NCBI GenBank assembly: GCA_963737655.1
Contig: CAVTTN010000002.1
Location: 2,496,001 to 2,560,000, forward strand
Reading direction: 5' to 3'
Origin: an uncultured Planctomycetota bacterium
Lineage (GTDB): Bacteria > Planctomycetota > Planctomycetia > Isosphaerales > Isosphaeraceae
Length of the DNA: 64,000 nucleotides
Part shown: positions 60,485-64,000 of the stretch, in pieces
Layout of the letters: every line of letters begins with the position of its first letter
Numbering within the stretch: position 1 is the first letter of the stretch
Program-made: the position numbers and the translations under genes
The notes under the pieces: generated by a model
What the model was told of the DNA's origin: nothing
The model's database searches: none
Seen by the model: only the letters and a program-made list of their open reading frames with translations

Positions 60485-61879
60485 TCAGGGCATCGGCACA
60501 TTCGCGAACGAGAACGGGACGTCGATCGTCGCCCAGGTGGCTCCGGAATACCTCGCCTCCTCGGGGGGGCCGGTCCCCTCGGGCGCGTCGATCCAGAATT
60601 GCGAGCGCTGGCCCTGGCCGGCGGCGTTGCCGTTGAGGTCCACGACCAGGCAGGTCCGGCCCCGGGCGTCGACGAAGGTGATCTGCCCTCGGGCCGTCGG
60701 CGGCGGCCGGAGGATGGCCCGGGGGTCGTAGCCGAAATTCTGGCCGACCTCGTCGGGAGACGTGAGGGTCAGGTCCACGGTCGTCCCTCGACCGTTGGGG
60801 CCGGTCTTCACCGAATGGATCGTCAGCGAGACCTCGCCCGATCGGCCGACGGCCTCGGGGCCCCTGTCCTTCGCGGGCAAGGGGATGACCAGCGAGTCTC
60901 GCCTCCGCCCCACGACGGTCAGGCGGACGGTCCCCCGGAGGCGGGCCAGGCTCTTCGCGGTCCCGTCGGGGTAGGTCAGCGGGACGCTCATCACGCCGCT
61001 CGGGGCGTTGCCGTTGACGTTGCCATTCTGCCAGACCATCCCCGGCCCCGGGGGACCGCTCGGCGGGGGGGCGGGGCCGGCCTCCTGGAGCGAATTGCCG
61101 CGATCATCGACGGCCTCGATCACCCGGACCTCGCCGACCCGGGCGAGCTGGACCCCGGGCTCGGGCTGGACCGAGAACTGCACGGAAAATCGCGCCGAAT
61201 CGGCCGGCCCTCCTACCCCCCGGGCCGCCTGGACGAAGTCGCGGAACCGGTCGAGCCTCAGGGCCGTCAGCGAGAACCGGAAGGCGCCCGAGTCGAACGT
61301 CGGGGCGGCCGGCGAGGGGTCGTCGGGCCTCAGGAGCAGCTCCTGGCCGGTCAGGGCGCGCCTCCGGGCCTGCCCCATCCCGTTGAATCGCCTCCGGGCG
61401 TTCCAGGTCTCGACGGCCGAACCGGGCCGGAGCCCGGCGGCCTTGCTCAGGGCGTCGATGGCCTTCCAGAACGTCACCGGCTCGTCGGCCACGAGGGTGA
61501 TCCGCCGAGCCTTCCATCGCGGGTCATTCTCCGGCTCCAGGGCGAGTTGACGGCCGGTCCTCTCGGCCAGGGCCTCGACGACCTCGGCGATGGTCCGTTC
61601 GCGGAAGTCCAGGCGGACCACGCTGGGGCGAACCAGCGCGCCCCCGTCGATGGCGTCCATCAGGGCGGCGGCCCTCATCCGCCGTTCCAGGTCGGGGGAT
61701 TCGCGGGCCTCTCGCAGGGCGGGCATCGCGACCTCGCCCAGGGCCGCGAGCCTGGCCTCGGCGGCGGCCCTCTCCGAGGTCCTCGGCGACGTGAGCTTCG
61801 CCACGAGGTCCGCGACGTCGGGCACGTCGGCCGGAGGGGCGGCGGCCAGGCTCAGAAGGATCAGGCAAACGGACGTCAT
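60485..61879 (-). CDS. uncharacterised exported protein, paralogue 1 of 3
   Basis: Signal peptide, HEAT-like start, LDF..FWKAID..EAVDDRG; ends VPFSFANVPMP*. Confidence 0.82.
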   Translation of the reverse strand: MTSVCLILLSLAAAPPADVPDVADLVAKLTSPRTSERAAAEARLAALGEVAMPALREARESPDLERRMRAAALMDAIDGGALVRPSVVRLDFRERTIAEVVEALAERTGRQLALEPENDPRWKARRITLVADEPVTFWKAIDALSKAAGLRPGSAVETWNARRRFNGMGQARRRALTGQELLLRPDDPSPAAPTFDSGAFRFSLTALRLDRFRDFVQAARGVGGPADSARFSVQFSVQPEPGVQLARVGEVRVIEAVDDRGNSLQEAGPAPPPSGPPGPGMVWQNGNVNGNAPSGVMSVPLTYPDGTAKSLARLRGTVRLTVVGRRRDSLVIPLPAKDRGPEAVGRSGEVSLTIHSVKTGPNGRGTTVDLTLTSPDEVGQNFGYDPRAILRPPPTARGQITFVDARGRTCLVVDLNGNAAGQGQRSQFWIDAPEGTGPPEEARYSGATWATIDVPFSFANVPMP

Positions 61880-62011
61880 CCCGCGATCTCCCCGAGGCCT
61901 CCGGTCGCCCCACCCGTCCCAGGATAGACGATCGGACCCGGGCCCGCCAAGCGCCCGAGCAGCGGGAGGACTCGCTCGATCGGCTCGCGAATTCGTCCGA
62001 TCGGCCCCCGG

Positions 62012-62350
62012 TCACTCGGCGAGGTCGTCCGCCCGCCGCGACGGCTTCGCCTTCGCCTCCGTCCCGCCGAACCACCTGGCCATCAGGATCATCGTCAGCA
62101 CCAGAAGGATGCAGGCCGCGAACAATCCGAAAAAAAGGCCACCCTGCCACGGGCGGACGAAATAGGTCGGCCCCCCCTTGAGGTGGAATGGCATGGAATG
62201 GTCGCGGTCCGCGACCGGGCTCGCCCAGCGTTCGACGGTCAGGAGGACGAGGAACATCGGGATGAAGCAGACGAAATACAGGACCGAGAGCGTCTTGTAG
62301 ACGAGCCGGGCCCGGCCCGGGAGCGAGTTCGGGTCGATCTGGAGAGCCAT
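62012..62350 (-). CDS. small two-TM hypothetical protein
   Basis: MALQIDPNSLPG.., two clear TM helices. Confidence 0.65.
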   Translation of the reverse strand: MALQIDPNSLPGRARLVYKTLSVLYFVCFIPMFLVLLTVERWASPVADRDHSMPFHLKGGPTYFVRPWQGGLFFGLFAACILLVLTMILMARWFGGTEAKAKPSRRADDLAE

Positions 62351-62581
62351 GGGCGATTCCCGGTCGCGCTCGGGCCGAGAAGTCGGGAAAAGGGGGATGC
62401 GCCGGTCCGGTCCAGGATAGGTCCTCCCGCCCCGGGGAGACAAGACGGGTCGAGCGAACACCGGCCGCCGCCCCGGGCCATTGAAGCCCCGGGGCCGTCG
62501 GGGTACGCTCGTCGGTCGTCGCGGAGGCGGTCCCGTCGCGGGCCCGTCGCCGATCCGTCGATCCGGCCCGCCGAGCCCGTC

Positions 62582-64000
62582 ATGATCCGTCCTCCGCTCG
62601 CCCCGGTCCTCCTCCTGGTCGGAGCCCTCGCGATGCCCTCTCCCGGCGAGGAGGCCCCCTCGCCCGGCCGGATCTCGGCCGACGCCGTGGCCCGGCTGCC
62701 GTTCCCGGGCACCGTCGTCCCCGGGGCGATCGGCTTCGGGCCCGACGGCAAGACCGTCTCGTTCCTGAAATCCGAGGACAACTCGCTGAACCGGGTCCTC
62801 TGGAGGGCCGAGGTCGGCAAGGACGCCAAACCCCGGGTGATCGCCCGGCCCCCCGGAGGCGGCGACACCGACGCGAACGTCTCGAAGGAAGAACAGCTCC
62901 GCCGGGAGCGCCAGAGGCTCCGGGACACCGGGATCACCCAGGTCGTCCGCGCCGAAGGGGCCGACGTCGTCGTGATCCCGCTCGGCGGCGATGTTTATTT
63001 GCAGAAAGATGGTGGAGAACTCAAGCGGTTGACCTCGACCGAGGCCCCGGAGATCGACCCGAAGCCCAGTCGCGACGGCTCGAAGGTCGCCTACGTCCGG
63101 GGCGGGGAGCTGTTCGTCGTGGACGTGGCGACGGGCCGCGAGACCCAGCTTTCCCGGGGGGCCGCCGACGGCGTGACCCACGGCCTGGCCGAGTTCATCG
63201 CCCAGGAGGAGCTCGGCCGCTTCTCCGGCTTCTGGTGGTCGCCCGACGGCTCGTCGATCGCCTATCAGCAGACCGACGAGCGGCACGTCCCCCTCTTCAC
63301 GATCGCCCATCAGGGCGGGCCCGAGTTCTCGACCGAGACGCACCGCTACCCGTTCGCCGGCAAGGACAACGCCTCGGTCCGCCTCGGGGTGGTCTCGGTG
63401 ACCGGAGGGGCGACGACCTGGCTCTCCCTGGCCGAGCCGAACGAGGATTTCTACCTCGCCCGGGTCGATTGGGAAGACGCCGGAAACCTGCTCGTCCAGG
63501 TCCTGCCGAGGGACCAGAAATCGCTGCGATTGCTGAGGATCGACGTCGCCTCGGGAGAGCGGACGACCCTCCTGGAGGAGCGATCGGCCTCGTTCGTCAA
63601 CTTGCACAACGATTTACGCGTCTTGCCCGACACGGGAGAGATCCTGTGGTCGTCGGAACGGACCGGATTCCGCCACCTGGAGTTGCGAGGGGAGGACGGC
63701 GAGCTCCTCCGCACCCTGACCTCCGGCGAGTGGCCCGTGGACGCGGTGCTCGGGGCCTCGAAGACGCGGCGGGAGGTCTGGTTCGCGGCGGGCCGAGAAA
63801 GCCCGTTGCGGGCCGATGTCTACCGGGTGTCGCTCGACGGCGGCCCGATCGTCAAGGTCACGGACGAGCCCGGGACTCACAAGGCGGTCGTCTCGCCCGA
63901 CGGCGAATTCTTCGTCGATACGTTCTCCAACCTCGAAAAGCCGCCGGTCACGACCCTCCGAGACCGGGCCGGCAAGGTCCTGGCGACCCTGGACGACGCC
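62582..64000 (+). CDS. S9B dipeptidyl peptidase IV family protein, N-terminal propeller (runs off window)
   Basis: Manual translation: signal peptide, EEQLRRERQR, GLAEFIAQEELGRFSGFWWSPDG, YPFAG, SERTGFRHL. Confidence 0.9.
   Translation, partial: MIRPPLAPVLLLVGALAMPSPGEEAPSPGRISADAVARLPFPGTVVPGAIGFGPDGKTVSFLKSEDNSLNRVLWRAEVGKDAKPRVIARPPGGGDTDANVSKEEQLRRERQRLRDTGITQVVRAEGADVVVIPLGGDVYLQKDGGELKRLTSTEAPEIDPKPSRDGSKVAYVRGGELFVVDVATGRETQLSRGAADGVTHGLAEFIAQEELGRFSGFWWSPDGSSIAYQQTDERHVPLFTIAHQGGPEFSTETHRYPFAGKDNASVRLGVVSVTGGATTWLSLAEPNEDFYLARVDWEDAGNLLVQVLPRDQKSLRLLRIDVASGERTTLLEERSASFVNLHNDLRVLPDTGEILWSSERTGFRHLELRGEDGELLRTLTSGEWPVDAVLGASKTRREVWFAAGRESPLRADVYRVSLDGGPIVKVTDEPGTHKAVVSPDGEFFVDTFSNLEKPPVTTLRDRAGKVLATLDDA

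Overview
High-GC (about 70% by eye), gene-dense chromosomal window, most likely from a planctomycete (Isosphaeraceae-like). That assignment is inferred from a PVC-type heme CxxCH protein, LEPR-XLL secreted proteins, a PEP-CTERM protein and a vWA/MoxR/DUF58/BatA operon. Core genes include miaB (partial), malQ, nadA, glgB, recA, thpR, rluD, panB, a phosphosugar mutase, a short uvrC, egtB and an S9 peptidase (partial), plus two histidine kinases and two tandem arrays of uncharacterised paralogues. No rRNA, tRNA, CRISPR array, transposase or RAYT gene was recognised. The most unusual content is non-coding: at least six REP-like palindrome families, some carried inside MITE-like shells with their own terminal inverted repeats (TIRs) and target-site duplications (TSDs). 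Highlights are a four-layer nest at 48367-48860 with three readable TSDs, a sister 134-bp element lying in frame inside a membrane glycosyltransferase-like gene, four genes whose TAG stop is the REP terminal GTAG, and a 57-bp REP-containing direct repeat bracketing an intact small gene and its broken partner (candidate toxin-antitoxin-like pair). Seven single-base frameshifts in short homopolymer runs look like sequencing errors.
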